From IMG/VR virus record IMGVR_UViG_3300038673_000279, positions 1 to 31,536 of that record: DNA of 31,536 bases; one strand, written 5' to 3'. This document shows, piece by piece, positions 6,391 to 16,795 of this stretch. The notes under the pieces are model-generated. The model saw only the letters and a program-made list of their open reading frames with translations, searched no databases and had not been told where the DNA came from. Position 1 is the stretch's first letter; every line of letters begins with the position of its first letter. The position numbers and the translations under genes were made by a program. Source of the DNA: a virus. Its lineage: Duplodnaviria > Caudoviricetes.

Positions 6391-9300
6391 ATGGCTGAAG
6401 AAACAAAAGATTTGGGGTTAGGTGTTTTATTTTCTGCTTCTATCGGAGATTTCACTTCACAAATAACGGCAATCCAGGATCGTCTAAAATCCTTTGCCAA
6501 AGAAATTGAAGCTTACGGTAAGATCAGTGAGAAGTCTGTGGCTGATCTTACCGCAGCTACTACCAAAGCCAATAAAGCTGCTACGGCTGCCAATGATACA
6601 GCCGATAAACTGAACAAGCAACTTGAGGCTTCCAACAAAAAACTCAAAAACTCCATTGATGAAAAAGCCACTGCGGAGACGAAAGCCACATCTGCTGCAA
6701 AAGCTCATAGCAAGACATTAGAAGATGTTCGAGCGGATATGAAAGGTTTGGATGCCGCTACGACTTCCCAGATTGCCTCATCTAAAATGAGTCTGCCTGT
6801 CTATGATTCACTGCAAAAGAAATTAGCGGCAAATTCAAAAGAAAGTGTGGGTTTTCGATACTCTCTGGCTCAGTTAGCTATGGAGCAAGGTCAGACCAAA
6901 ATTGGTTTTGAAAACCTTGCTTCTGCTTTGGTTAAAAATGAAAAAACCATCCTGGATACAAACAAAGGTTTTGATGATCTACGTAAGACAGTAGGACCGT
7001 CTGGACTTCCTGCTAATTTCAAAAATTGGGCTGCAAATGTTGACCGGGTTCAAATGGCTCATGCTACTTTACGTGGAGAATTAAAAGTTTCTGATGGTGT
7101 GATTATTGAAGCCGGTAAGAGTGTCATTGGTACCCAACATGCTGTCCGTGCTTTAGAAAATGAGTTTGGAAAGGATAATGTTTCCAAGTATAGAACACAG
7201 ATAGGTTCTTCCATTAATACGATGAGTGAATTCAAGAATGCTCTGGTAGCAAACCAAAAAGAGCAACTAGCCATGAACACTCATGTTACCGCAGCACAAA
7301 AGGCAATTAGTGGTGTAGAGAACACCATGAATGCTATGAATGCCGGAGCTGGTACTCGATGGAGAAACAATGTTAATGAATCAGGAGTAGCCGCAGACTT
7401 TCTTAGGGGAAATCTTTCCAGAGCGAATGGGGTAATTCTCCAAGCGGGAGAATCGTTTGAAAAGACCCAGACAAAAGTGGACAACTTCGGAAAGAAGTTT
7501 AAGACCAGTTTGTCCATGGAAACGATCACCACTCTCAATGAGAAAGTCGGTACTACCATCAAGACTTTCGGAGAGTATGAGAAAGCTTTAACCAGAGCAG
7601 CGGCGTCCGCAGATGAAACTGGTAGACGGAATAAGCAAGCTGGTGAACTCGTTCGGGAAATGGGAACGAAGTATCATGCTTCGGCTAACTCGGTTGATTA
7701 TCTGGCAAAGAAAGTTTCTGAAGGCACAATTTCGTTTGATAGAGCTTCCAAAATCATTAAAGAGCATTCTGATCGTTCTAACGCTTTAAAAGCGGCAAAC
7801 CGCTCGTTAGCTGATCAAACCGCGATATTATCAAACAAGTTTAAAGACTTGTTAGCTCCTACATCGAAGTACAGAGAAGAAGCACAAAAAATGATCGGTT
7901 CAATGGAAGCTGGAAGAGCTTCCATGACCATCACCTATGACAATCTGAATAGGTTACAGAAAGCTTATAATGAAACTCAGAAGGGTATGGAAAAGTGGAG
8001 AACTACTACCGAAACTTTTTCAAATTCTTCGGATAAGATGAGAGATAAGTTATCCAGACTTCAGACCCAGATTGACGCTGGAACAATCTCCCACAAGCAA
8101 GCTTCTGATTCAGCTACAAAGTATGCCAAGGAAATTGGTGAATTAGGAAACAGAGCGGGAAAAGCTACTGGATCAATAAACGGACTCACCCAGGGAATTA
8201 TGGGTGGAGGAGCTGCTTCAAAGCTGGCTGTAAATTACATGACCAGATTAGGAGTTGCTGTTCGATCTCTTGCAGCATGGGGAGTCGGTGCGGCAATCAT
8301 TGGTACATTCACTGCTGCCATTAGTGATGGTATTACTGCTATTGTCGAATTTGATCAGGCTTTGAAGAACTTGTCAGCTATTTCTGATGGTACGGAAGCT
8401 CAGATTCAGGATCTGGGAGAAGAGATGCTTCGGTTGTCCGAGACAACGAAGTATTCTGCTTCTGAGATTTCCAAAGGAGCAATCTTCATTGCTCAGGCAG
8501 GTTTCACTGCAAATGAGACTCTCCATGTTATCAGTTCAGCGGCAAAACTGGCTCAAGGTACGATGTCTGATATGGCAACGACCACAGATTTGTTGACCAC
8601 AGTTCTTCGGGTATTCCAAGTTCCTGCTAGAGAATCTGCATATATTACCGATAAATTGGCTGTTGCTGCCAATAAATCCAAGACAGATATTGAAGGATTA
8701 AAGACGGCCTTCAACTACTTAGGTCCGGTTGCCCGAGCTGCTGGTTTGAGTTTGGATGGCACTCTTGCCACGATCATGGCTCTTGCGAATGCTGGTATTA
8801 AGATGTCTACAATTGGTACCAGTATGCGGCAGGTTATTTCCAGACTTGAGAATCCTACTGCAAAATTGAGAAATGCTATCCACCGAGCGGGTATGTCCAT
8901 TGAAGATTTTAGTTTCAAGACACATACTCTCGGTGAAGTTGCCGCTAATATGGCTAAAATCGTTCAAGGAGATGCAGGTAATGCCCTGTCATTCTTCGGT
9001 GAACGTGCTGGTAATGCCGCTCTGATTATCTCCAACTTAGGTCCACATATGGACACTCTAGTTGGTTATATGAAAGAGATGGGAGCAGCTTCCGAGATGG
9101 CTGGGAAACAAGCCGAAGGTCTTGGTGTAAAGATCAGTATTCTCCGGAATAAGTTTCAGAATTTGTTCATTTCTTTCGGCGAAGGTGGATTTGCTAATAT
9201 CCTGAAATTACTTATTGATGCTTTAACCAAACTCATTGATGTGATTTCCGTACTTGCTCAGAGTAAGTTGGTTCAGTTTGTGGCAATTTGGGGATTAGTA

Positions 9301-12300
9301 AAAGTTGCGGTCATTGGTGTGCAAATGGCTTTACGGGGATTAACGACCATTGGTCTTGCTAGTTGGGTAGGCATTTCCCGAGATGCGATTGCTACTTCCA
9401 TAAGTACGATGGGTATATGGACAACCGTTATTACTACAGTTTCTACAGCTTTCAAGAATTTAATTGCCATCTCACTTGCTTCTTATTTAAATACCACTAG
9501 AGAGGCTATTCTGACGGCAATCAGCAATTTTGGTATTTTTAAAACAGTTTTATCAGGTGTTGGTTCTCAAGCAGTAACATTAACTGGAATATTAGCGGCA
9601 CTACGAGCAGGTATTGCTGCTTTGATGGGCACATTAGGTTTTTGGATTACTCTTACAGCGGCAGTAGTTTTTGCTATGGTGAGTTTGTCCAATGCCCATA
9701 AAAAAGAAGCTGATGAGTTGGTCAACAAATCCCAGAAATACCAGGAAAGTGCTTTACAGCTTCAGGATTATGCTGCAAGACTGAGGGAAATGTCGGAGAA
9801 GCAAAAAGAGGGTAATGATGTTCAGTTGGAAAACATTGCCCTCATGAAGGAAATCCGAGAAAAGATTCCTGAAGTAACCGCTGAAATGCTTAATGGTGCA
9901 ATGTCCATTGACAAGCAAGCGGAAGCGATGGATAAACTTGCCATAAGTCATGAGAAGTTGGCGGAAACCAAAGCAAAGGAATCCGTTAAATTGTTGACTG
10001 AGGAAATGTCATATGCTTCCGAAGAGATACAAGCCTATACAAAACGAATTGAAGAAAATACCAGTGCTTGGGCTTCTTTTCGTCAAGTATTCCATCCGTT
10101 TCAAACGTATGCCTCTTGGGTAAGTCATTTTAATACGGTTGTATGGGGATTAGGAGAAACTCTACATCTAACCAGATCAAAAGCCGACATGTGGGCTACT
10201 GCTCTTGGTATTAATATGCAGATTGTCTCCAAACGAATTGAAACTCTTGCTCAGGTAATTGGAAATCAATCTCCGAAAATGCGGGAAGAGATGTTGAAGT
10301 CCATTCCCAGTGAAGATTATAAAAAGAAAATCCAAGCAATCATTGCCATGAATGATCAGTACCAAGCTTTATTACAAGCCCGTACCGATTTTTCGACAAA
10401 GATGCAGGAGGAATATAAGAATTCGGTTGAGAGACTTGGGGAAACTTGGCAAGCTTATTTCATGAAACAGGATGAATTAGGTGCTAAGGAAGTTATGACC
10501 ATTGCTGCAAATACGGCAAAGAAGATTGCCATAAAGGAGAAGGAACTAGAAAAAGCAGGAAATGATCAGGCAAAACGGCAGGAAATTCTTGATCAGATTG
10601 CCGAGATAGATCGGGAAGCTTACACTAAGATGATCGAAACTCGGGCAAAGAAAGTGGATGAAATGCTGAAGTTGATGGATGACTTCTATCAGAAAGAAGA
10701 AAATTCCATCAAAGCAGCGGCAGAGAATCAAAGAAGGGTACAAGAACTTGCCAGAGATAATGAAATCAACGCTCTGAATCTTCGGTTTGAAAAGAATGAG
10801 GAGTATTATAAAGAGAAAGCCAATATTGAGGAGAAATACTTACTCAAGACAAAGGAAATTATTGATGATGAGGCAAAAGCCAGTATAGATGCGGCTGAGA
10901 ATATTTATAACCAAAAGAAAGACTTCCTGAATAAACAAACTTTATTGGAGAATGACGAAGCAGGTCGTCAAAAACTTCTGGTTGCAGAACAGCAACATTC
11001 TGAAAAGTTGGTTAACATCTATAAAAATCAACTGACTCAGTATAAATCCATTATGGATCAACGGAGACAGGCGATTGAGCAGTATCGGCAAGCTGCAATT
11101 CAGGCTGAAAAAGACATCATGCAGGCTGAGCGGGAACATGCCCAGCAAATGCAGACTCTTGAGGAAATCAAGAGAAATGCCATGCAGCTCACTATGAATC
11201 AGCAACAAAAAGCTCAGGATGATGTTGCCCGGTACGAAGAATTGATGACCAAGTTTAATGAAACGATCATCAGGGCAAATGAAGCTGGAGCTAAGGGAAA
11301 TAAGGATCTGTATGATTCTTTAAGAGCAGAGGCTAAGAACTATGTGGATGAAGCTACCAGAATGATTGGTAGTTTGAAAGTCTATGAAGAGGATACTTCT
11401 AAGAAAACTGCGGAAGCAGCAAAACAAGCCAGAAAAGATCAAAAACAAGGTGATCTTGATTATTATAATGAATTAAAAGGAATTGCAGGAACATCTGCGG
11501 CAGATCAAAAAACCTTTATTGAAAGTGTTAGTCAAACACAGCAATTGCACTTGAGTAAGGTTGAAGCTTCAAAGGCTGCTTATGATAAATTGAATGAATC
11601 GGCAAAATCTTTTGGTCAGAGTGAAATTGATCGGAATAAGGAGTTAGCCACTAAAGAGCAAGAACGCTATCAAAAATTGATGACTGATTATGATGCCATT
11701 CAGAAGAAATACGAACAGGCTATCGTAATCAATATGGATAATTCCAAAGCTATTGAAGCCATAGATGCTTTGTCTCAGAAAATTATGTCTACTCCGTTTA
11801 AAGTGACGGTAACTTTCATGGGCAAAGCTTCTCCGGAAGATACTCTTGAAAATACCATTGCTGAAGTTGTTAGTAAACTGGATGGACTTGTTACCAGTTT
11901 AGGAGAAAAGACTGCCGCATTTACGATTCAGTTTATGGGTACATTGGGAACTTTAGCAGATCGTCAAGCATTGAATACCATTACAACCGGTATAATGACC
12001 AACTTGACAAATTTAACGGCAAATATTCAAGCAATAACTCCACCCTCTTTGACTTTCTGGTTTTGGGCAGAGGATGGTGCTGTTAAAGATCGGTTCATGA
12101 CCATGTACACCAGAGTCAAAGATACCTTGACAAAGTTGGTTTCTTATGTCACGAATGAATTATTTCCGAAATTTGTTATTAAGGTAATTGGTAGTGATAG
12201 TGGAGTTGAAACGGATCTAACCACTTTAGCACAATCCATTTATACCAGATTTGATAGATTGACCAATCAGATCAATAGTATGAAACCGATTTATAGGATA

Positions 12301-12705
12301 ATCACCGAATATGTAACGGTAGGTTCTGCACCGAGTACGACAACAGGTACGGGATTTGCTGAAGGTGGATCAGTTCCTGGAGAAGGTGATGGAGATACTG
12401 TTCCGTCGATGCTTACTCCTGGTGAGTATGTCATTTCTAAACCGACAGTAAATGCTTTTGGAACCGCATTTTTTGATATGATTAATAGCATAAAGTCTGG
12501 ATTCTCGGTACCAAGAATGACTACTTCAGGTATCCCCGCATTTGCCGGAGGTGGGGCAGTAGGACCTCTTGAAACTTTTAACTTGAATTTAACAGTAGGA
12601 TCTGAGAGAATACCGCTTAAAGTTATTGGAAATCCTGATTCCATGAGGAATACCGTAAAACGGCTTGAAAAAGAATTGGCGAAACTTAAATTAAGTAGAG
12701 GTTAA
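6391..12705 (+). CDS. Tail tape measure protein (TP901-type core)
   Basis: 2104 aa, Ala-rich helical. Core EFDQALKNL..TTKYSASEI..AQAGF..DKLAVAANKS. Hydrophobic middle. C-terminal FAEGGSVPG.GDTVPSMLTPGEYV. Confidence 0.95.
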   Translation: MAEETKDLGLGVLFSASIGDFTSQITAIQDRLKSFAKEIEAYGKISEKSVADLTAATTKANKAATAANDTADKLNKQLEASNKKLKNSIDEKATAETKATSAAKAHSKTLEDVRADMKGLDAATTSQIASSKMSLPVYDSLQKKLAANSKESVGFRYSLAQLAMEQGQTKIGFENLASALVKNEKTILDTNKGFDDLRKTVGPSGLPANFKNWAANVDRVQMAHATLRGELKVSDGVIIEAGKSVIGTQHAVRALENEFGKDNVSKYRTQIGSSINTMSEFKNALVANQKEQLAMNTHVTAAQKAISGVENTMNAMNAGAGTRWRNNVNESGVAADFLRGNLSRANGVILQAGESFEKTQTKVDNFGKKFKTSLSMETITTLNEKVGTTIKTFGEYEKALTRAAASADETGRRNKQAGELVREMGTKYHASANSVDYLAKKVSEGTISFDRASKIIKEHSDRSNALKAANRSLADQTAILSNKFKDLLAPTSKYREEAQKMIGSMEAGRASMTITYDNLNRLQKAYNETQKGMEKWRTTTETFSNSSDKMRDKLSRLQTQIDAGTISHKQASDSATKYAKEIGELGNRAGKATGSINGLTQGIMGGGAASKLAVNYMTRLGVAVRSLAAWGVGAAIIGTFTAAISDGITAIVEFDQALKNLSAISDGTEAQIQDLGEEMLRLSETTKYSASEISKGAIFIAQAGFTANETLHVISSAAKLAQGTMSDMATTTDLLTTVLRVFQVPARESAYITDKLAVAANKSKTDIEGLKTAFNYLGPVARAAGLSLDGTLATIMALANAGIKMSTIGTSMRQVISRLENPTAKLRNAIHRAGMSIEDFSFKTHTLGEVAANMAKIVQGDAGNALSFFGERAGNAALIISNLGPHMDTLVGYMKEMGAASEMAGKQAEGLGVKISILRNKFQNLFISFGEGGFANILKLLIDALTKLIDVISVLAQSKLVQFVAIWGLVKVAVIGVQMALRGLTTIGLASWVGISRDAIATSISTMGIWTTVITTVSTAFKNLIAISLASYLNTTREAILTAISNFGIFKTVLSGVGSQAVTLTGILAALRAGIAALMGTLGFWITLTAAVVFAMVSLSNAHKKEADELVNKSQKYQESALQLQDYAARLREMSEKQKEGNDVQLENIALMKEIREKIPEVTAEMLNGAMSIDKQAEAMDKLAISHEKLAETKAKESVKLLTEEMSYASEEIQAYTKRIEENTSAWASFRQVFHPFQTYASWVSHFNTVVWGLGETLHLTRSKADMWATALGINMQIVSKRIETLAQVIGNQSPKMREEMLKSIPSEDYKKKIQAIIAMNDQYQALLQARTDFSTKMQEEYKNSVERLGETWQAYFMKQDELGAKEVMTIAANTAKKIAIKEKELEKAGNDQAKRQEILDQIAEIDREAYTKMIETRAKKVDEMLKLMDDFYQKEENSIKAAAENQRRVQELARDNEINALNLRFEKNEEYYKEKANIEEKYLLKTKEIIDDEAKASIDAAENIYNQKKDFLNKQTLLENDEAGRQKLLVAEQQHSEKLVNIYKNQLTQYKSIMDQRRQAIEQYRQAAIQAEKDIMQAEREHAQQMQTLEEIKRNAMQLTMNQQQKAQDDVARYEELMTKFNETIIRANEAGAKGNKDLYDSLRAEAKNYVDEATRMIGSLKVYEEDTSKKTAEAAKQARKDQKQGDLDYYNELKGIAGTSAADQKTFIESVSQTQQLHLSKVEASKAAYDKLNESAKSFGQSEIDRNKELATKEQERYQKLMTDYDAIQKKYEQAIVINMDNSKAIEAIDALSQKIMSTPFKVTVTFMGKASPEDTLENTIAEVVSKLDGLVTSLGEKTAAFTIQFMGTLGTLADRQALNTITTGIMTNLTNLTANIQAITPPSLTFWFWAEDGAVKDRFMTMYTRVKDTLTKLVSYVTNELFPKFVIKVIGSDSGVETDLTTLAQSIYTRFDRLTNQINSMKPIYRIITEYVTVGSAPSTTTGTGFAEGGSVPGEGDGDTVPSMLTPGEYVISKPTVNAFGTAFFDMINSIKSGFSVPRMTTSGIPAFAGGGAVGPLETFNLNLTVGSERIPLKVIGNPDSMRNTVKRLEKELAKLKLSRG

Positions 12706-12707
12706 AA

Positions 12708-13154
12708 ATGCCAGGAAAATTTGCAATATTCAGTACGGAATTAGGAGCATCGTTAACTCCGAGCGAATTGTCTGGAGTAACCACCCTAGTACAATTTGAT
12801 CGAGATCCTATAGTTGATGGAGAGTATAATCCCTCTGCTGGAGCCAGTGTGCGTGGGTCTGTGATTGCTACTCTCGGTGGAGTAGTTGTTCAGGATTTTG
12901 GAGCAAATCCAAAAGATGGTAGAATTGAAATGTCAGATGAAGCGGCTTTATCCGAAACTACCATTAATTCCATTCAAACCCTTTATGAAGATGTTGGGGA
13001 ACAATACTACTTCACTGATGGATACGATTGTTGGTTGGTTTATTTCAGCAAACCTGATGGTTTCAATTATAAAAGGAATTTGATTTCATCTCATTTTGGT
13101 GTACCCAGATTTGATTATACCCTCAAATTTGTTATTATTTCAAAGGATCTATAA
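12708..13154 (+). CDS. Probable distal tail protein
   Basis: Immediately after the tape measure gene. TLGGVVVQDFG motif and size. Confidence 0.55.
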   Translation: MPGKFAIFSTELGASLTPSELSGVTTLVQFDRDPIVDGEYNPSAGASVRGSVIATLGGVVVQDFGANPKDGRIEMSDEAALSETTINSIQTLYEDVGEQYYFTDGYDCWLVYFSKPDGFNYKRNLISSHFGVPRFDYTLKFVIISKDL

Positions 13155-15292
13155 TGTCCAGTAAATATGGATGGAAGTTCATTTTAGATGGAACAACTGA
13201 TATTACCGATCTGGTAACAAGTTTTTCCATTGAATGTTCTTTGGAATCATACTGTAGAGAATTATCTTTGGACTTGGCAGATGATGCTTTGTACGATACC
13301 TTAGATTTTTCGGTAATTCCAGATACTCCTAGAATCGAAGTATTTACCGCAATTACTGCAACTGCTGGAGATTATGGAGAAGAACTGGATTATATTTCTC
13401 AAGGAACATTCTTCATTGAACGTCCGACATATTCGGTAAATACGAATGAAACTACAACTGGTTTATGGGGAAGACAATCGACAGCTATTCTGGGAGAACC
13501 ATTTGCTCAGAAAATAACAAAGATTTGGAATACTGATACAACGGTATTTCAAATTTTCCAGGAAATCTTAGAATCTGTCGGGTTGACTTGGGATTCCACC
13601 AGATGTGATCTTCAAGATTTTATGATATATGCGGATACTTTTGAGGCATACGATATTTATCCGATAGAAGCTTTACAGAAATTAACGGAACTTATCGTAG
13701 GTGCTGAAGGGTTCGTCACTTCCGATAGATTAGGAAATGTCTGGATCAGAAGGTTACAAAGAGAACCAGAAACTTCCGATTATTCCTTGATAGACAATGT
13801 GATCCAATCCATAAGTGACGAACCAGAATGGCCTGAATTTGGAAATCGAATCAAAATTATTCCTGGAGAAACTACATCTCAAAACACGGTAACTTTATTT
13901 ATGGAAAGCACTTGTATGACTTGTACCGAAGATGAATCTTCCTATATTGTTGTATATGGTCAAGTGAAAGATGGTGAAGGTGTCCCGTTAAATGATGTTC
14001 AGGTAGATTGGTCATTCAGTCCTGCAAATCCTGCTTCTACTTGGTATATGTATCCGGCAATGGCAAAAACATCCACACAGAATGCCAAGACAATGTTAAT
14101 TTCAAAGGAGTTGGCAAAAGCTGATGGTTTTAGAAAAGTAGCCACAAAGTTTCAAGCTTCCAGTATTGTTGGAATTTACGCTTATGCCGACAGAACACAC
14201 TCCAAGAATTTTGCTCCTGAAGACGGATATGTTATTGATGGTAATAATATTCTGTTAACGGATGAAGCATTTACCTACTGTGATCAAACCGTTCTTATTT
14301 CTTATTATGCTTCTGGTATGGTTAGAAACCAAATTGTTTGTGAACCTGAAGAATATGTGGATGAAGATACTTTATTTGGAGAAGTCATTGTCATTGCAGC
14401 GGTATCTGGTAGAGAAGCCACAGAAACCCTATACGTCAATAATTCCTGTAAATGTCCTCCGACATTAACGGTAGAAGTTGATCCGTCTTCTTGTGCTGTT
14501 GGTGAAGAAGTAAAACTCACAGCTTATGTGGAAGCAGATGGTGTTCCGATCTCAGGAACAATTCGTATGCAAGAAACTTCGGGATTCGGAACTCTGCAAA
14601 GAACGGTAATGCAGACAGAAACCGTAAGGATTACGGAAAAGTCTGAGGCTGTTAATAATGTTATCGGAACAACTCAATGTGTTTTGTCTTCGGCAATAGA
14701 ATCTGTGGTAAGTGTTTACCGATTAGATTCTGAGGGAGAAGAAACAGGATCAAATCTTTATTCATCTTTTAATGGAAGAACGATTGATTTGACTACGGCA
14801 CTTGATACTGGTACAGATTTATCGGTAACATATAATAGAGCAGGTTCTGCGGTAAATTATATGACCGCAGATGAGAATGGAACAGCCGTTATCATTGTTT
14901 CCGTTGATGTTGATACTGAAGCAGGTCTATCTCAAACAGTTCAAGTTACTATTGGAGCAGATTCGATTGAGACAGGAACCACTGTAGAAGGTGAATATAT
15001 GGTTCTTGGTCCTGATAAGGTTTATGCTTCTTATGGTAGTTCTAGTTCCACTTATTCTTTATATACAACAGGTGGTCCGTGGAGACTGGTAAAGAAAGTA
15101 GGTGGAGAACCTGTGCATGAAACGTACTCTTTAAATGATATAATTATTACGGTATCTGGTTCTGGTACATATACATTGGTAAATGGTGGTTATGTCAGAT
15201 TTATGAATTACGATTGTAAGGGAAAAGCTTTTACCATTACAGCATACGATTCAGAAGGTCATTCAGCAAGTAAGGTTATTAATGTGGTATAG
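13154..15292 (+). CDS. Tail tip/hub protein with Ig-like domains
   Basis: TAATG coupling. Hub-like N-terminus (GTFFIERP, LWGR, SDRLGNVWIR). Ig-like segments (VYGQVKDGEGVPLNDVQVDWS; LTVEVDPSS..GEEVKLTAYV). Confidence 0.65.
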   Translation: MSSKYGWKFILDGTTDITDLVTSFSIECSLESYCRELSLDLADDALYDTLDFSVIPDTPRIEVFTAITATAGDYGEELDYISQGTFFIERPTYSVNTNETTTGLWGRQSTAILGEPFAQKITKIWNTDTTVFQIFQEILESVGLTWDSTRCDLQDFMIYADTFEAYDIYPIEALQKLTELIVGAEGFVTSDRLGNVWIRRLQREPETSDYSLIDNVIQSISDEPEWPEFGNRIKIIPGETTSQNTVTLFMESTCMTCTEDESSYIVVYGQVKDGEGVPLNDVQVDWSFSPANPASTWYMYPAMAKTSTQNAKTMLISKELAKADGFRKVATKFQASSIVGIYAYADRTHSKNFAPEDGYVIDGNNILLTDEAFTYCDQTVLISYYASGMVRNQIVCEPEEYVDEDTLFGEVIVIAAVSGREATETLYVNNSCKCPPTLTVEVDPSSCAVGEEVKLTAYVEADGVPISGTIRMQETSGFGTLQRTVMQTETVRITEKSEAVNNVIGTTQCVLSSAIESVVSVYRLDSEGEETGSNLYSSFNGRTIDLTTALDTGTDLSVTYNRAGSAVNYMTADENGTAVIIVSVDVDTEAGLSQTVQVTIGADSIETGTTVEGEYMVLGPDKVYASYGSSSSTYSLYTTGGPWRLVKKVGGEPVHETYSLNDIIITVSGSGTYTLVNGGYVRFMNYDCKGKAFTITAYDSEGHSASKVINVV

Positions 15293-15301
15293 GAGGAGAT
15301 T

Positions 15302-15952
15302 ATGGCAAGACCGACGGTAAATTTGTTATTCAACTTAAATGCCTCAGATGTGGCATGTTCTAATCCTGCAGGAGATGCCAATTGGTTATTACTTGCTACT
15401 GGTGATTACCTTGTATGGAGAGATGGTCAGCAAGCTTCGGGTGATCTACTTTCTGGATTAAGTTATCCAGTTGTCATCCCTGAAACAGGTGTGGGAGAAG
15501 CTCCTAAATTATTTCTTGCAGATTACAGCGCAGGAACGTATAAGCATGTATATCTTGCTGGAACAGAAACAGGAGGTTACTATGGAGGCAATACGAGGTA
15601 TGTTTGTGCAGCTTGGTTTAGCGGTGCAACGGCTACTATCCCGTACTTGGAAGCTTATGACGATGATACCCACGCAACTTGGGCGTGTGCGGCACTGGGT
15701 GACGGAACACCGGCTAACAGTGTCTTTAAAGCGGTTTGTACAACAAACGCCGCTCCTGGCAGCACTACTTGGACAGGTACGCCTCTTGCGGGAACAGCTT
15801 CGCACTTGGCTTTGGATACTGCGGCATTGACAACTTCCAAATATCTTTATTGGAATATGAAACATGTTACTGATGCAACCATGTCAGCTTGGTCAGCAGC
15901 CGACTGGAGCAACAATGATTTGGTTTTAACCATTCATTACACTTACGCTTAA
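15302..15952 (+). CDS. Hypothetical virion (tail) protein
   Basis: AGGAGG SD. Thr/Ala/Gly-rich beta composition in the tail cluster. Confidence 0.65.
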   Translation: MARPTVNLLFNLNASDVACSNPAGDANWLLLATGDYLVWRDGQQASGDLLSGLSYPVVIPETGVGEAPKLFLADYSAGTYKHVYLAGTETGGYYGGNTRYVCAAWFSGATATIPYLEAYDDDTHATWACAALGDGTPANSVFKAVCTTNAAPGSTTWTGTPLAGTASHLALDTAALTTSKYLYWNMKHVTDATMSAWSAADWSNNDLVLTIHYTYA

Positions 15953-15963
15953 GGAGTTTTACG

Positions 15964-16371
15964 ATGTGGAAAATCAATCTGATTTTAGAACACGGAATGT
16001 CCGTGGAATTAAATGATGTTCGGTCAAGTAATCCCGGTTGGACTGATGCTCAACCGACAAAGATAGAAAGATTGGAATTCACCTTTCTTGATAAGAAAAA
16101 AGAAAAATATCGTATCGTTCTTGCCGGAATGCAATCCTACAATTTCTTTGTTGAAGGAATGAAAAAAGTTTCTGGAAAAGAATCAAAAATTCAAGGAATA
16201 TGGTTTTTAGGACAAGTTCCGAATTCTGAACGAGTTGTCGGTTTTATTTTCAAAGATACCGTTCTTAAAATAACCACTGTCAAAGGTAGAGAATATCTAG
16301 GAGCACCGTCTTCAGGTTGGAAGTCAGGACTTATCGGACATTCTGTTATAGCTGAGGTCATTAAGGAGTAA
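15964..16371 (+). CDS. Hypothetical protein
   Basis: AAGGAG SD. Tiles with its neighbours. Confidence 0.65.
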   Translation: MWKINLILEHGMSVELNDVRSSNPGWTDAQPTKIERLEFTFLDKKKEKYRIVLAGMQSYNFFVEGMKKVSGKESKIQGIWFLGQVPNSERVVGFIFKDTVLKITTVKGREYLGAPSSGWKSGLIGHSVIAEVIKE

Positions 16372-16375
16372 TCCA

Positions 16376-16795
16376 ATGATTGGATTTAGTACGGATTTAC
16401 GAAATGAAATCTTAGATGTGGTGAAGACTCATATTGATTGGGAAGGTGATGAATATGATCCGGCACATCTTTTGATCTATAGTGGGGACAGACCAAGTAC
16501 CTGTCAAGAAATTGACGAATACGACAATATTTTATTAGCAGATTTTCTATTACCATATCCTTGCGGTACAGTTAATGAAGGTGTTCTTACTTTCGGAGAA
16601 ATTGCAGATACTTTGGGACTTGCTTCTGGTACAATATCTTGGGGAAGAATTGTTGATTGTACCGGATATGCAGTTATGGATTTGTCTGCAACCACATACG
16701 TAGGAACAGGTGATCTTAAATTCGATTCATTAGATGTGGAGATAGATTTACCGATACATTGTACCGCAGCTTCAATAACCGAGGGGAACCCATAA
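16376..16795 (+). CDS. Conserved phage tail-associated protein
   Basis: LRNEILD..LLIYSG.RP..GVLTF..GTISWGRI.D..ITEGN pattern recurs in phage tail clusters. AAGGAG SD. Confidence 0.65.
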   Translation: MIGFSTDLRNEILDVVKTHIDWEGDEYDPAHLLIYSGDRPSTCQEIDEYDNILLADFLLPYPCGTVNEGVLTFGEIADTLGLASGTISWGRIVDCTGYAVMDLSATTYVGTGDLKFDSLDVEIDLPIHCTAASITEGNP

